Shown: positions 11,746 through 24,485, counted from the first letter of the stretch. The stretch is DNA of 64,000 bases from Octopus bimaculoides (GCF_001194135.2 NC_068983.1:84338397-84402396); one strand, 5' to 3'. Translations and numbers: made by a program. Notes: generated by a model not told the origin, from the letters alone.

Positions 11746-13426
11746 AGGAGTGGCAGAGGTAACTGCTCTATTTAGAGGAATGGAAAAGGGAGACTTTGAA
11801 CTAAAGGAAATGAAAAAGATTGAAAATAGGCAGCCAAACAGAAAAGGTCCATGGCTGTATTATATCACATTAATACTAATATTATTTTTTAACGTAAACA
11901 CAAAGTTGATAATCCTCAAAACACTAAGATATCAAACTAAGTTCACGTAAAGCAGCCAAGCTTAAATAATTTATTTTTCTAATAAAAAAAAGAGCAAAAA
12001 TTAATATCACGTGAACAGAGGAGTTTCTACACTGTCGCTCGGCCTGCTAGAAATAGCAGCCAAATCGTCCTTAACTTATCCCCTACCAAAAAAAAAACGA
12101 AAGGGATGGGGTGCATGTCCGACATCTCCGCGTTAATGGTTGAAATTTCATTCCCACTGTGTTATATATTTCAGTTTCAACACATGATCTCAAATCAAAT
12201 CCTTCGTCAAACATACATAACTTCGAAATATATAAAAGAAAAATAAACTTGAGCCAGCAACTGTCACTTTAAAATGGATAATAAACAAATTTATCTCCCT
12301 TCATGTGTTGGAACTCTCCAATAAGCGATTACTATTATTGAGGCGCTTCATTCAAATTTCAAAACTGAGCGACAAAAGTGTTTGAGACGGTTTGAGTGGA
12401 AAGGAGGTGAGTTGGATATATTTGTTATTGTTGAAAATAATTTTGGTAGAGATGGACTATATGTAATCTGAACCTTCCCCCCCCCTTATTTATTAATTTT
12501 TTTTACGGAATCCCATGTTTTAGGCTATGGAGATTCNNNNNNNNNNNNNNNNNNNNNNNNNNNNNNNNNNNNNNNNNNNNNNNNNNNNNNNNNNNNNNNN
12601 NNNNNNNNNNNNNNNNNNNNNNNNNNNNNNNNNNNNNNNNNNNNNNNNNNNNNNNNNNNNNNNNNNNNNNNNNNNNNNNNNNNNNNNNNNNNNNNNNNNN
12701 NNNNNNNNNNNNNNNNNNNNNNNNNNNNNNNNNNNNNNNNNNNNNNNNNNNNNNNNNNNNNNNNNNNNNNNNNNNNNNNNNNNNNNNNNNNNNNNNNNNN
12801 NNNNNNNNNNNNNNNNNNNNNNNNNNNNNNNNNNNNNNNNNNNNNNNNNNNNNNNNNNNNNNNNNNNNNNNNNNNNNNNNNNNNNNNNNNNNNNNNNNNN
12901 NNNNNNNNNNNNNNNNNNNNNNNNNNNNNNNNNNNNNNNNNNNNNNNNNNNNNNNNNNNNNNNNNNNNNNNNNNNNNNNNNNNNNNNNNNNNNNNNNNNN
13001 NNNNNNNNNNNNNNNNNNNNNNNNNNNNNNNNNNNNNNNNNNNNNNNNNNNNNNNNNNNNNNNNNNNNNNNNNNNNNNNNNNNNNNNNNNNNNNNNNNNN
13101 NNNNNNNNNNNNNNNNNNNNNNNNNNNNNNNNNNNNNNNNNNNNNNNNNNNNNNNNNNNNNNNNNNNNNNNNNNACATAGTAAATACTATATGCATAGAA
13201 AATTTCATTAAAAAATATTCATTTTTCTGAAAGTTATGACCTCCGAAAGTCTGGTGTGTAAAACCCTGTAGTTATGCCCATAAAACACCGGAGTTATTAA
13301 CTATGTTCGTGTTTATTAAATCAAAATATGTTATGGTTGTCTTGATAATTTATAGCGAAAATTATTATTTCTACTCTAGGCACAAGGCCTTGAAATTTTG
13401 CGGGGAAGGGGCTAGTCGATTACATT

Positions 13427-13528
13427 GACCCCAGTGTGTAACTGATACTTATTTCATCGACCCCAGTGCGTAACTGGTACTTATTTCATTGACCTCAGTG
13501 CGTAACTGGTACTTATTTCATCGACCCC
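13427..13528 (+). repeat. 32-bp tandem repeat x3 inside a SINE
   Basis: gaccccagtg(t/c)gtaactg(a/g)tacttatttcat(c/t), head-to-tail with no spacers. Confidence 0.9.
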
Positions 13529-16424
13529 AAAAGGATGAAAGGCAAAGTTGACCTCGGCAGTGTTTCAATAATATTGGCATAATGACTCTCCTTAGACGCA
13601 ACAGAAATTGTCTTCTGTTGTTTAATCCCCAATTCAGACAGAATTTTGTATATTCAGGACAACGCATGACTATACACTGCTGATTTCATCATTTAAAATG
13701 TTAAACGGCATTATTAGAACTTTGTTGGTACCCTTTTAATATTAATAACAGTAAATAAGGTTTGACAGAATAAGTTGGCCAACGGATAAAAATGCCATCA
13801 GGCATTCAGCTACGCTTTACTTTTTAATTTCAAATCTCACCAAGGTTAGCTTAGCTTCTCAATCAACTACAGTCAATAAAAATGAAGTGCCAATGATGTA
13901 CTGTGCCAGTGTAATCTCATGTACTCATCGCCTCTTATCTGCATAGAATAAAACAAAAGCCTTGCTGTGTTGTATAATTTCAAATACAGTCCTCGCTACA
14001 ATATTAAGAATTTTAATTAAAAAATACTGGCGGAGTTTCGGATCAGGACGCCCACGTAAGCTAGATTTTCTCCGTTTCGACTGGGATTTTTTCAATTTTT
14101 TATTCCTTTCGCTCCTGAAAATGATGTGGCGGAGGCAGCTTTTTTATGAAAAACATTTTTGAAAATTTATTTTATTTTNNNNNNNNNNNNNNNNNNNNNN
14201 NNNNNNNNNNNNNNNNNNNNNNNNNNNNNNNNNNNNNNNNNNNNNNNNNNNNNNNNNNNNNNNNNNNNNNNNNNNNNNNNNNNNNNNNNNNNNNNNNNNN
14301 NNNNNNNNNNNNNNNNNNNNNNNNNNNNNNNNNNNNNNNNNNNNNNNNNNNNNNNNNNNNNNNNNNNNNNNNNNNNNNNNNNNNNNNNNNNNNNNNNNNN
14401 NNNNNNNNNNNNNNNNNNNNNNNNNNNNNNNNNNNNNNNNNNNNNNNNNNNNNNNNNNNNNNNNNNNNNNNNNNNNNNNNNNNNNNNNNNNNNNNNNNNN
14501 NNNNNNNNNNNNNNNNNNNNNNNNNNNNNNNNNNNNNNNNNNNNNNNNNNNNNNNNNNNNNNNNNNNNNNNNNNNNNNNNNNNNNNNNNNNNNNNNNNNN
14601 NNNNNNNNNNNNNNNNNNNNNNNNNNNNNNNNNNNNNNNNNNNNNNNNNNNNNNNNNNNNNNNNNNNNNNNNNNNNNNNNNNNNNNNNNNNNNNNNNNNN
14701 NNNNNNNNNNNNNNNNNNNNNNNNNNNNNNNNNNNNNNNNNNNNNNNNNNNNNNNNNNNNNNNNNNNNNNNNNNNNNNNNNNNNNNNNNNNNNNNNNNNN
14801 NNNNNNNNNNNNNNNNNNNNNNNNNNNNNNNNNNNNNNNNNNNNNNNNNNNNNNNNNNNNNNNNNNNNNNNNNNNNNNNNNNNNNNNNNNNNNNNNNNNN
14901 NNNNNNNNNNNNNNNNNNNNNNNNNNNNNNNNNNNNNNNNNNNNNNNNNNNNNNNNNNNNNNNNNNNNNNNNNNNNNNNNNNNNNNNNNNNNNNNNNNNN
15001 NNNNNNNNNNNNNNNNNNNNNNNNNNNNNNNNNNNNNNNNNNNNNNNNNNNNNNNNNNNNNNNNNNNNNNNNNNNNNNNNNNNNNNNNNNNNNNNNNNNN
15101 NNNNNNNNNNNNNNNNNNNNNGGGCATTTTTATTCTGTAGCTTAAAACTAAAATAAACTGCCTTGATACCCGTCGCTTTGAAATAGTTTGCCCATTTAAA
15201 ATGCTACTTTTTAAAATATTCCGTTTAAATTGCTGTATTTTGAAAGCTAATAAATTTACCAACATTTTCATTTCCAGAAAAATAGATGGTAGACGCTTTT
15301 TAATTGGTTCTCAACTAAGTTTAATAAATGGAGGCGGGGTAAATTTGTAATGAATAATTTCTGATTTCTTGTTATTTTCTCCCTACTTGTTTTAAACATT
15401 GCAAATATTGCATCATCTTTGGGAGTTAAAATTGATCAGCATAGTTTTTTTTTTTTTTTTTTTTTGAGGTTGAAAGCTTGAAACATAGGTAGGTGACAGG
15501 TACATATTTTCAAGAAATTTTTCAACTTTGACCCGATTATAGTTGAGGTTGCAAATAAAATATCTGGATAATTTTTGATGTTTAACAATCAATATTTTTT
15601 TTACCTTAGGTTTCCAAGTCAATTTTTTTTCTACAATGTCTAATTTGATCATTTTCAGTTTAAAAAAAAAAATGTCTGAACTGGGGCAAAATGAGTAATG
15701 ACTAATTTCAATTTTTTCTCTTCAACTACATGATTAATATATTGTGAAGAAGCTATGGAGAATATTTTCTGTTGAGTTGTTTTAGATTTAGACGAGTTTT
15801 GTTAATTTCATATCATGTGCCATTTTTTGAAGATCCTCTTTCATTTGACTTAGATATTATAAATTTTTGTTGCATTTCTGATTTCTAAGAATGGATATTG
15901 ATGTGTATGTGTCTTTTCTCAAATGTAATTCTGGAGAATTGAAGGGGCAAATTTACCTTATCTTATTCATTTCGCCCTGGCTAAATTTGTCTTTTATATT
16001 CTCAAAGAGAATGGAGATAATTTTCTGAAATAGCATTCAGGTTATGTTATAATACTTTTAATGCATTTAGAAAAGGTCATTTGCTTAGCTGATTTAGTTT
16101 TTGTAAGGTACTGAACATTTGTACCAAAATAATTTTTTTTCTTAAAGTCAAACAGTAAATCTTATTGTGTCCCACTCCATCCCTAATCATTTGATATTGT
16201 TTTACTAAAAGCATTTATTTTTAAAATATTCTTTTTTCATATTCTGTAAACTTTGTATATACATTGTACAATATTTGCACTTATTTAAGATAACTTCCCC
16301 ATAAATTATATTCCTAATCAAGGTTCTGTTTTTGTGATTCATTTTGACTTGAAATTTGTCAACAAACTACTCAGCAATTTCCATGGACATATCGAAGTGG
16401 AAAGAGAAAGCTAATGGGCTGTAC

Positions 16425-16557
16425 ACGTGTGCTTGTTCCGTGTGTGTGTGTGTGCATGCATGTGTGCGTGCTTGTTCTTGTCTGTGTGCGTGCGCGTTCC
16501 TCTCTTCTCTCACCGGAAACCCCCTCCCTCACTGGTGGTATCCTCTATCATACCTGC

Positions 16558-16592
<35 letters not shown>
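16425..16592. repeat. (GT)n and (CT)n microsatellites. Others: (ATT)n 5980-6030, (TA)n 49818-49852, (TA)n/(CAGA)n 52040-52570, (CAT/GGT)n 57755-58880, (CA)n 63660-63702
   Basis: Read directly from the sequence. Confidence 0.9.
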
Positions 16593-16594
<2 letters not shown>

Positions 16595-16739
16595 GGGACA
16601 AATGCAACTAATTTAGCTAACGTTGGCATTTTGATATTCATATTCTCCTTTATCTATCTTTACTGATTTACTTACTTGTATCTGCAACACCAGTAATGCT
16701 TAAATTTACAATTTTACAATGTCCATAATACTTATACTT

Positions 16740-18415
16740 ACCACACCAGTAGGGGCAACAATCTTAACATGCTTGAATGTTTGAATGATGACAGGTTGAA
16801 AGTGAGAACAGGTGTAGCATGTCTATCAAATGAACACGAAAACCTTCTTCTTTTCAGGCACTAAATAACATCTCCCCTCCCCATGCTTTTTCCCACATTC
16901 CTTTCCTAGATTTTAGAGTTGGCACTATCAATGTAGGCACAGTGGGATTGTAGAGATGCTTGAACGGAGATGTGTTGATGTATGCTGCATACAAGAGGTA
17001 AGGTGGAGAGGAGCTTCAGCCAGGGTCCTCACAGGCAAGGTACAAAGGTATAAAATCTTCTGGGAAGGTAACAGTGATGGAGTAGGGGGTGTAGGCATAC
17101 ACCTTGTGGAGAAATGGTTGGATAAGGTCATAGAGGTAGTTAGGGTATGCGATAGCATGCTTAAGCTTAGGCTAGTCCTGCAGAATAGTATAGCTACAAT
17201 TATCTCTGCCTACGCCCCACAAGCAGGCCTACTAAATGATCAGAAGGACCACTTTTATGATACCCTTCTACAGGCTACCTCAAAGACGAGTTGCAATGAC
17301 CTCATCTTTGCAGCTGGAGATTTTAATGGTCATGTCAGACAGCAATCCAGTATCTTCCATGGTGTTCATGGGGGACATGGAATTAGTTCCCAAAATGAAG
17401 AGGGAACTAGGCTACTGGAGTTCTGTGATGCATGCAACCTATTAATCTGCAACACTAATTTCTGGAAGCTAGACAGCCACCTGATAATCTATCAATCAGG
17501 CGACTCTGCTAGCCAGATTGATTTCATCCTTACCAGACAGTGAGATACAAGGTTGCTCTTAAATGCAAAGACCCTCCCTGATGAAGAATGTACCCCCCCC
17601 CCCNNNNNNNNNNNNNNNNNNNNNNNCCCCCCCAGCATAGATTAGTTATTAGTGACTTTAGACTCGAGGCTAGAAGGATGTTAAGAAGCAGACTAATCCA
17701 GAAAAGAAGGATTTGGAAGCTAAAGAACCCTTCACATGGTCAGAGATTTAGGGGCATCCTCATTGAGAAATTTGATGAGAGGGAGGAGGACCTACAAACT
17801 TCGGACATAGAGGGTAACTGGAAATTCCCGTGGGACAGCTTACTGAGCACCACAGACCAAATCTGTGGCTGGTGCAAAGTCCTTTCCAGACCTAGAGTAA
17901 CGTGGTGGTGGAATAATACGGTAGATAAGGCCATTAGAGCAAAGAAACAGGCCTGGAAAGCCTGGAAGAGTCGGAGTAGCAGGGAACTGTACCAGATAGC
18001 CAGAAGGGAGGCTGGGTGACAGGTATACATTGCCAAAGGAAAAGCAGAAAAGAAGTTTGCCAATGTTCAGTGACATGAGGACCAAAGAACTAAAGTATTT
18101 CAGATTGCAAGACAGTGTGTGAGAGAAAATTGTGATGTCACAGGAGAGAAAGGTGTCCGCATGGGTAATGGTGCACTTACTTTTAATGATTCTGGAGAAG
18201 CCATTATGGAAGGCTGCTAAATGTGGAGAATGAATGGGAGGAAGAGAGCCTGCCAAATGTTGACCCAGTAGAGGGACCAGCTACCCAAATAGATAGCACG
18301 CTGGTAGATAAAGCAATTAAGGATATGATGTCAGGAAAAGCCTTCAGCCCATCAGGAATCACTGCTGAGATGCTTAAAATATCTGGTGGTGTGAGTCATG
18401 GCCTAGTCACCCGTA
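16740..18415 (+). mobile_element. RTE-LINE 5' part (APE endonuclease to start of RT), 3'-truncated
   Basis: VDVCCIQEVRWRG, IISAYAPQAG, AAGDFNGHV, SQIDFIL, PQHRLVISDF, RVTWWWN; stops and frameshifts. Confidence 0.9.
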
Positions 18416-19431
18416 TTTTATATATATAGATAATCAATGTTTTCAGGATTTTTTTCTTTTAATTTCATAGTTGTTAAACATGCACCACATCCCTTTACAT
18501 AAAAAAAAAAAAAAACAGAAGGTGGCATGCATGTTTAACATCTCTACTGAATCATCCAAGCAGAAATAACACAGTTTTACTGATTATTTTCTCAAAAGTT
18601 AGTAAATTCAAGTGGTAGAAGGAACTACATTCAATAAATTGAAATTAATTGTTTTACTGACTGAAGGTTTTAGTAAATCTGTTGCTATTTTTTAATTACC
18701 ATTTCTCTGTTTTATTTTAGTCTCTCCATCTTCGTCTTTTATTTGTTGTTTCTTTTTATCACTCAGTCCAGCTATTTCCAGTAGGTTAAGCAACCACTTA
18801 CAATTTCCTTAAGAGAGCCAGATAGGGCATTCAATGTATTGAGACAGTAGACAATATGTTGTCTGTTTTTCTAGATGCTCATCTTCTTTAAATGTGCCAA
18901 TCATGACCATCACATCCTTTTTTGGGCCTAAGTAACTGTTTTTAATAATGCATAATTTTGCATGTGCAAAAGGTTCAAGGAATCTATTTTCTGTTTGGAA
19001 AATTTTTCAGTTTTAGAGCTTAAACTGAAATATCCAATCATCCTTGATAGAGCATTTGAGAGAAGTATGAATGTCACAGCTGCATTTCCTCATCACTATA
19101 ATATCCTTTCCTTTGTAACCTTCAGAGAACTTGTAAGATACCAACTTCTGTTTTGATTCAAGAATATATATTTTATTGTGTTGTTTATGGTGTTTCGGTC
19201 AATTAGGTCAAACCCTGATCAAGCAGAAAATTGATCGCAGGCATTCTAGTTAACCACCTTGTCTTTTCCTTTTATTTTTAGTTGTAGTCATCTGAGATTG
19301 CATTATCCAATATTAAATAACGACATATTCTCATTTTGGCATAATATACATCCAAATATTCTTGGCTTTGAATAAAGTTTGCTGATCTGCCCATCTTAGG
19401 CTGGCATTAATAGAATGGTTTGTTCACTTAA

Positions 19432-19709
19432 CCCATTACCTCCCATAATTCTATTAACTGGAATTTTTTTTATGAAACTTTGATTTCTAGCATAAAACAG
19501 CCTTAGAAACACGCTAGAATGATCAAAATAACATTTTAAATAGAAATAAGTGAGATATTGAGTGAAAAATTAGCAAACCTCATTTGAATATCAGAGAAAT
19601 ATACCTAGTAGATATAGCAAAAAGGTTAGATATGTGTAAATATTGACAGATAATTACGAAATTTGTAATTTTTAAGTGATCTCATATGAGATCACTGGTA
19701 GGTAATGGG
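19432..19709. mobile_element. piggyBac-type MITE
   Basis: TTAA TSDs (19428-19431, 19710-19713) and 10-bp TIR cccattacct/aggtaatggg. Confidence 0.8.
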
Positions 19710-19909
19710 TTAAGCATTGCTTAATTGTTTGAATAAATGTCAATGTTAAGGTTTGCTAGATTCAAATTGAGTATATGAAAAATATACAGGAATCTTTCAG
19801 TCTATAACTGATTTTGATTTAACTTTTTTTTTTCAGTTTAATGAAACATTGTTATATAGCATTAACATAATGTTAATATTTTCTCTTATTGTATATCTTT
19901 TCAGTTAAA

Positions 19910-21739
19910 ATGAGTTTAATGGATGAATTAGTATCAGCAGGGGTTGACTCAAATGAGTTTTTGGGCAATCCTCTGAAGCATGACGATTTTGTTGCAACAA
20001 ATAATTTGGATGATTCTTCTTTGTCACATTCAGTTTGTGAGGACTTTACAGTGGACTTAACTGACATGAAAGATATTTACGCAAGCAGTAGATGTAAAAA
20101 TTTATATGGTAATGTTGACACAACTAACAAAAATAATTCTGTTTTGTTTGAAAACTGTGCCATGAATTTGGAGCAAGAACTTGAACAAGCAGTGACTTTA
20201 ACTGGTTCCTCAATGGCAACTACTTCAAATCAAGAGAGCTTTCAAGAATCCAACCTTGAAAGTAATTCTTTAAATGTAAGACAAGAACAAGTGCATGCTA
20301 TGTCCCAGTTAAGAGAGGAAAATATAAACCAAGTTCAAGAAATAAGTAGAACGCCTAAAGAAATTTTGTCATCAGAAGAAGAGCTTTCCCAAGCTTTCTC
20401 ATCAAATTCAAAGACTTGTGGAATTTTAGAGATGAATGAATCAAACAGTGATAATAGTTATAAAAACCAAGATGGTTGCAATATTGAAAACTATGATGGT
20501 AACATGAAGAATTGTGACAGTGAGGACACTAGTAACTATGAGAATAGGGTTAAGAAGATTCCTGACATTGATGCTGATAATTATGTTAGTGATAATGAGT
20601 GTGGTGATGATAATATTGTTGATCATGATGTTAGTATTAAAGACTATGACCCTGATGATATTGCTGATTATGTTAAGGATAACAAGGGTCAAGAAAATAA
20701 CGAAATTCATTACTATAGTATTAAAAACCATACCAACAATAACATTGTTAATTATGATAGTAATATTAAGAGCTATGATAATACTAATGTCAATGCAGAT
20801 CACTCAGTTACTAATATTAAAGACCATGATGGAGATAATATTGGTAATGATGTTACCAATGATAGTAATGACCATGGAGATAATGAAACTGGCAACAATC
20901 ATAACAATGATTATGGGGATGATGGCTCCAAATTCTTATGTGGAAATTTAGTTGATGAATATGATGTTACTGCAGAGACAGACAAAGATATTTCCAGTGT
21001 TGTAAATAACTTCAGTCTTGAAAGAAACGTGGAAAAAGAATGTACTTTGATAAAGGATGAAATTAATGATGGAAACAGTTTGGGATGTCATCATATTGAT
21101 ACAGAAAAGTCAAGACTTTCTACTGAAATTGCTGTTAATGTTGATATGACAGAGAGTCCTACTAAAATCGCCAATGATGTGGATATGATAAAGACCAGGT
21201 CCCCTACTGAAATTGACCTTGATGTGGATAGGATAGAGACTGAATCCTCTACAGAAATTGACATTGATGTGGAAAGGATAAAGACTGAATCCTCTACAGA
21301 AATTGACATTGATGTCGATATGATAAAGACTGAATCCCCTGTCAAAAATTCTAACACTGTAAATAGTTTTACTGCTGAAGAAACTCTCAATGCTAGTATA
21401 AAGACAGGGCCAGCTTACAAAGTTACCGTTGACTGTAACAATGCAAACAGTGCAACAATGTCATTTATGAAGAGCGAAACTGACCATACAAATAAAAGTG
21501 TAGTTGAACAATCGGCACAGGATTCACAGTTAGAGGTCTGTGAAACATTTGAAGATTTATATCTGCAAGAAAAGTTTTTAAAGAAAGAGAGAGAAGTGGA
21601 GTCTTTAACAAAGCAGTTAGATGATAAACAAAAAGTGATTCATCAGGCTGTAAATTTTGGTAAGCAACTTCTTGAAGAAAATGAGGAACTCAAAGAAAAA
21701 GTGGACAAACTTGAGCAGAAAATTATTACAATTGATGAG
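19910..21739 (+). CDS. SPDL1: Spindly coding exon 1 (610 codons): acidic N-terminal extension plus start of coiled coil with CC1 box
   Basis: Acceptor tttcag|TTAAAATG (exon from 19905), ATG at 19910, uninterrupted 1830-nt frame, donor GAG|gtaatg. The end of the exon, QAVNFGKQLLEENEEL, matches the AAxxG-type CC1 box (human AAQYGLQLVE). Confidence 0.9.
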
Positions 21740-22437
21740 GTAATGTATTCTTTAGATAATCATGAATAAAGGCATGAGTTTGCAGTACTGAAAGTATAGA
21801 GATGCTAGCAAATATACTCATTTTCTACACGCATACAAGTGCATGTATATATTAGTATTTAAATATTAGCATGTAGTTGCATGCGGAGTTATGTATGTAT
21901 GTTATAATTTTAGCATCAGATAGTATGTGCCGCATTTAAATGTAATACTGTGATTTGATCATTCACTAAATACTATTATCCATTCACTCAATTACTTTCC
22001 ACCATTTTCAAATATAGTAAAAAAATAAGGTCAAGTTTTGGTCTTTTTAGATTGTCTTAGCAAAGCATATTCTATACTGTTGGTAAAACTATTGTGTGTG
22101 TGTACATATATATATGTATATATAGAGTATGTAGCTTTCACCTGTTGACTTAAAGACTAGATCTACTTCTACATTGAATTCTTTACAGTTTTTTCAACTT
22201 CAGTTGATTTTTAGACTTGTTTCTATTACTTTTTTTTTTTTTAACAATCTCAGAAGTAATTTTTATCTACTAATTGTATCAATAATTTCAATTTATCAAA
22301 AGTTTCTCTGTGCACTACATTTGTGAGACTATCATATTTGGTGTTTAGTAAGTAGAATGCTCTTCTGAACATATTATTGATATTCATTACATTCCCTGTG
22401 TATGTATTTGTATGTGAATATATATATATATAAATAA

Positions 22438-22816
22438 ATACAAAAATGGGACAAGAACTCATAACATCCAGACAGACGATACAAAGAAAACAAGGATGGG
22501 TCATTCAGAGTTTTCTATCCTCAGTCAAGTTCCAGATTATCTTTGCAATTTCAGCTGGTTATACTCGAGATTGCTCCAATCTGGCCAGCCCCAAGGAAAA
22601 ACTAAGCTAAGAGCATTAGGTTCCTTGGAAGAAAGCAGCAAATGTATACAAAAACAAGGACGGAAAAAAACAGAGAAATGTTACATGAATACAAAGGCAA
22701 TTAACAGGACAAAACAACAGGTGTTTTTCGACTAAGGACGAATTAAATTAAGCTGGCGCATGTTGAAATATCACCTGTCTGTCTGGATGTTTTGCGTTCT
22801 TGTCCCATTTTTGTAT
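22438..22816. mobile_element. MITE with ~40-bp TIRs, flanked by TA-rich DNA
   Basis: atacaaaaatgggacaagaac...aacatccagacagac is mirrored at both ends with 2 mismatches. Confidence 0.8.
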
Positions 22817-22892
22817 TTTTTTTATATATAAAATATAGCAGCATACGTACACCTCAGTCTCATATATATATTACACACACGCACACACACTC

Positions 22893-23108
22893 AATGGGGT
22901 GCTGAAAAGTTTCTGGCTTTGGGTAAAAGAAAATACAGGAGGATCAGCTAATTATGATTTTATTCAACATATTCCCCTCTCAGATTCACACACTTATTAC
23001 AGCTGTCCTTCAGTTTTTCTATGCCCTGTAAAAGAACTTGGAAGGATGGGCCTCCAACCAGGCTCTTTGCAATACCCTTAAAGCTAGGAACTTTTCACCA
23101 CCCCCTCA
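22893..23108. mobile_element. Mariner-like MITE
   Basis: ggggtgctgaaaagtttctggcttt versus aaagctaggaacttttcaccacccc; TA-rich flanks. Confidence 0.65.
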
Positions 23109-23304
23109 TATATATATATGAATTACTCTTAGTGTTACCATCTAAGTAGAATATGCTTTTCTGAAAAAAACTAAAACTAGTCTGTTGCGTTTATAAGTTG
23201 TTTTGAAAACCAGGTCTACTCTCATATTGAATTTCCATTATTCCAAAACATTTATTGATTGTATTGTAGTCTTTTTCCTCTTAGATTTTAAACGTCATTA
23301 GTGG

Positions 23305-23460
23305 TGTAGGCATGGCTGTGTGATTAGAAAGTTTACTTCCTAACCAGATTGTTTGGTGTTCAGTCTTATCACTTAGCCAAGTGTTTTCTACTCTGGCTCC
23401 AAGCTGACCAAGCCTTGTGAATAGATTCGGAAGACTGAAACTGAAAGGAGTGCATCATAT
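23305..23460 (+). mobile_element. SINE family B. Other copies at ~27330-27500, 33590-33775 (-), 37895-38035 and 63710-63860 (-)
   Basis: Shared gctgtgtg(g/a)tt...ggttca...gcaagtgt(c/t)ttct...aaagccttgtga...gaaactgaaag. Confidence 0.65.
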
Positions 23461-23479
23461 ACTTACATATATTATATAG

Positions 23480-23830
23480 AGACAATGATTCAAATAAACA
23501 GATAAAACCTTGAGTCTCAATATACAAAATATATATATATGTATACATGTAAAAAGTGACAGCAGATTTAAAATTTTCAGATGATTAACAATCCAGTATA
23601 AATATATACATATTTTTTAATAGACCAAACTTACTCAGATTACATAGACTCAAAGAATTAGAGGGGCAAAGGTGTTACAAGTTCGACAGCTGTTTCTGAG
23701 GGCTCAGAGTTACTTCATAATGTTGGCAGATGTAGGTCATCAGAAATTTGCAGCCTGTAATGGAAACAAATAAACATTGGTAAAATCCAGAGCCTCCTTC
23801 ATCAGGGTGGATAGATAAGAATCTACATTA
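23480..23830 (-). mobile_element. Penelope-like pseudo-LTR remnant with a hammerhead-like motif
   Basis: Minus strand has CTGATGA (23799-23805, 23737-23743) and GAAAC-AGCT-GTC (23685-23696). Confidence 0.5.
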
Positions 23831-24485
23831 TATATGTATGTGACTGTGTGTTTACAGTTTGGATTCTATGAAAGTTTCTCAATTCAAGTAGCGTTGTTGT
23901 TACTTCTATCTACAAATTGCCTGCTCCTTCACACCGAAGATATGTAAATTAGATATCCCTTACTTGATGAACAAGTAAGGATTAGCAAGGGGGTCATCTA
24001 GCTGAAAAACAATATCTTAATGATATAACCATCTAACTCATGCTAGCATATGAAAATGAACTGAGAGAAAGTTTATATCTATTGTATTGATAATCCCAGT
24101 TAATCTATTTTTCTGCTCACTATATTACATATGTGAGATCTACTTTACTTACTAGTCTTTGTGTGTGCTATTCTAGTTTGCTAAATCCGATTATATTCCC
24201 AGTTTTATTGAAATCTTTGATAGAAAACATAGCTACCTACTAACTACTCCCACACTGCATGAAGCCTTTCTTCAGAACATTCAGCTCATTTGTATACATG
24301 GAACTTAGAATGGTTTTGTTTCCAGTATCTTCCTTTCTCTTCCTTTATGGGCTGCAGCTGTGTATAAGAACTAAAGTAGTTGATTAGTATGATATCCACA
24401 AGATATTCTTGATCCACTTGTTGATTTAATCCTCAGATATATTGAAATATTTTAATTACTACATTCTATTCTGTTTGTCTTGCAG

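Noticed and set aside
13427-13528. CRISPR-like regular 32-bp repeats
   Set aside because: Head-to-tail with no spacers, inside a eukaryotic SINE, and no cas genes.
12525-15271. Long ORFs in the track at 12.5, 14.1, 44.0-45.5 (+) and 49.9 kb
   Set aside because: They are made of N-runs or are antisense to ubiquitin.
20441-21390. Ile/Met-rich ORFs 20441-20803 (-), 20514-20951 (+), 21091-21390 (-)
   Set aside because: Shadow frames of the Asn/Asp-rich Spindly exon.
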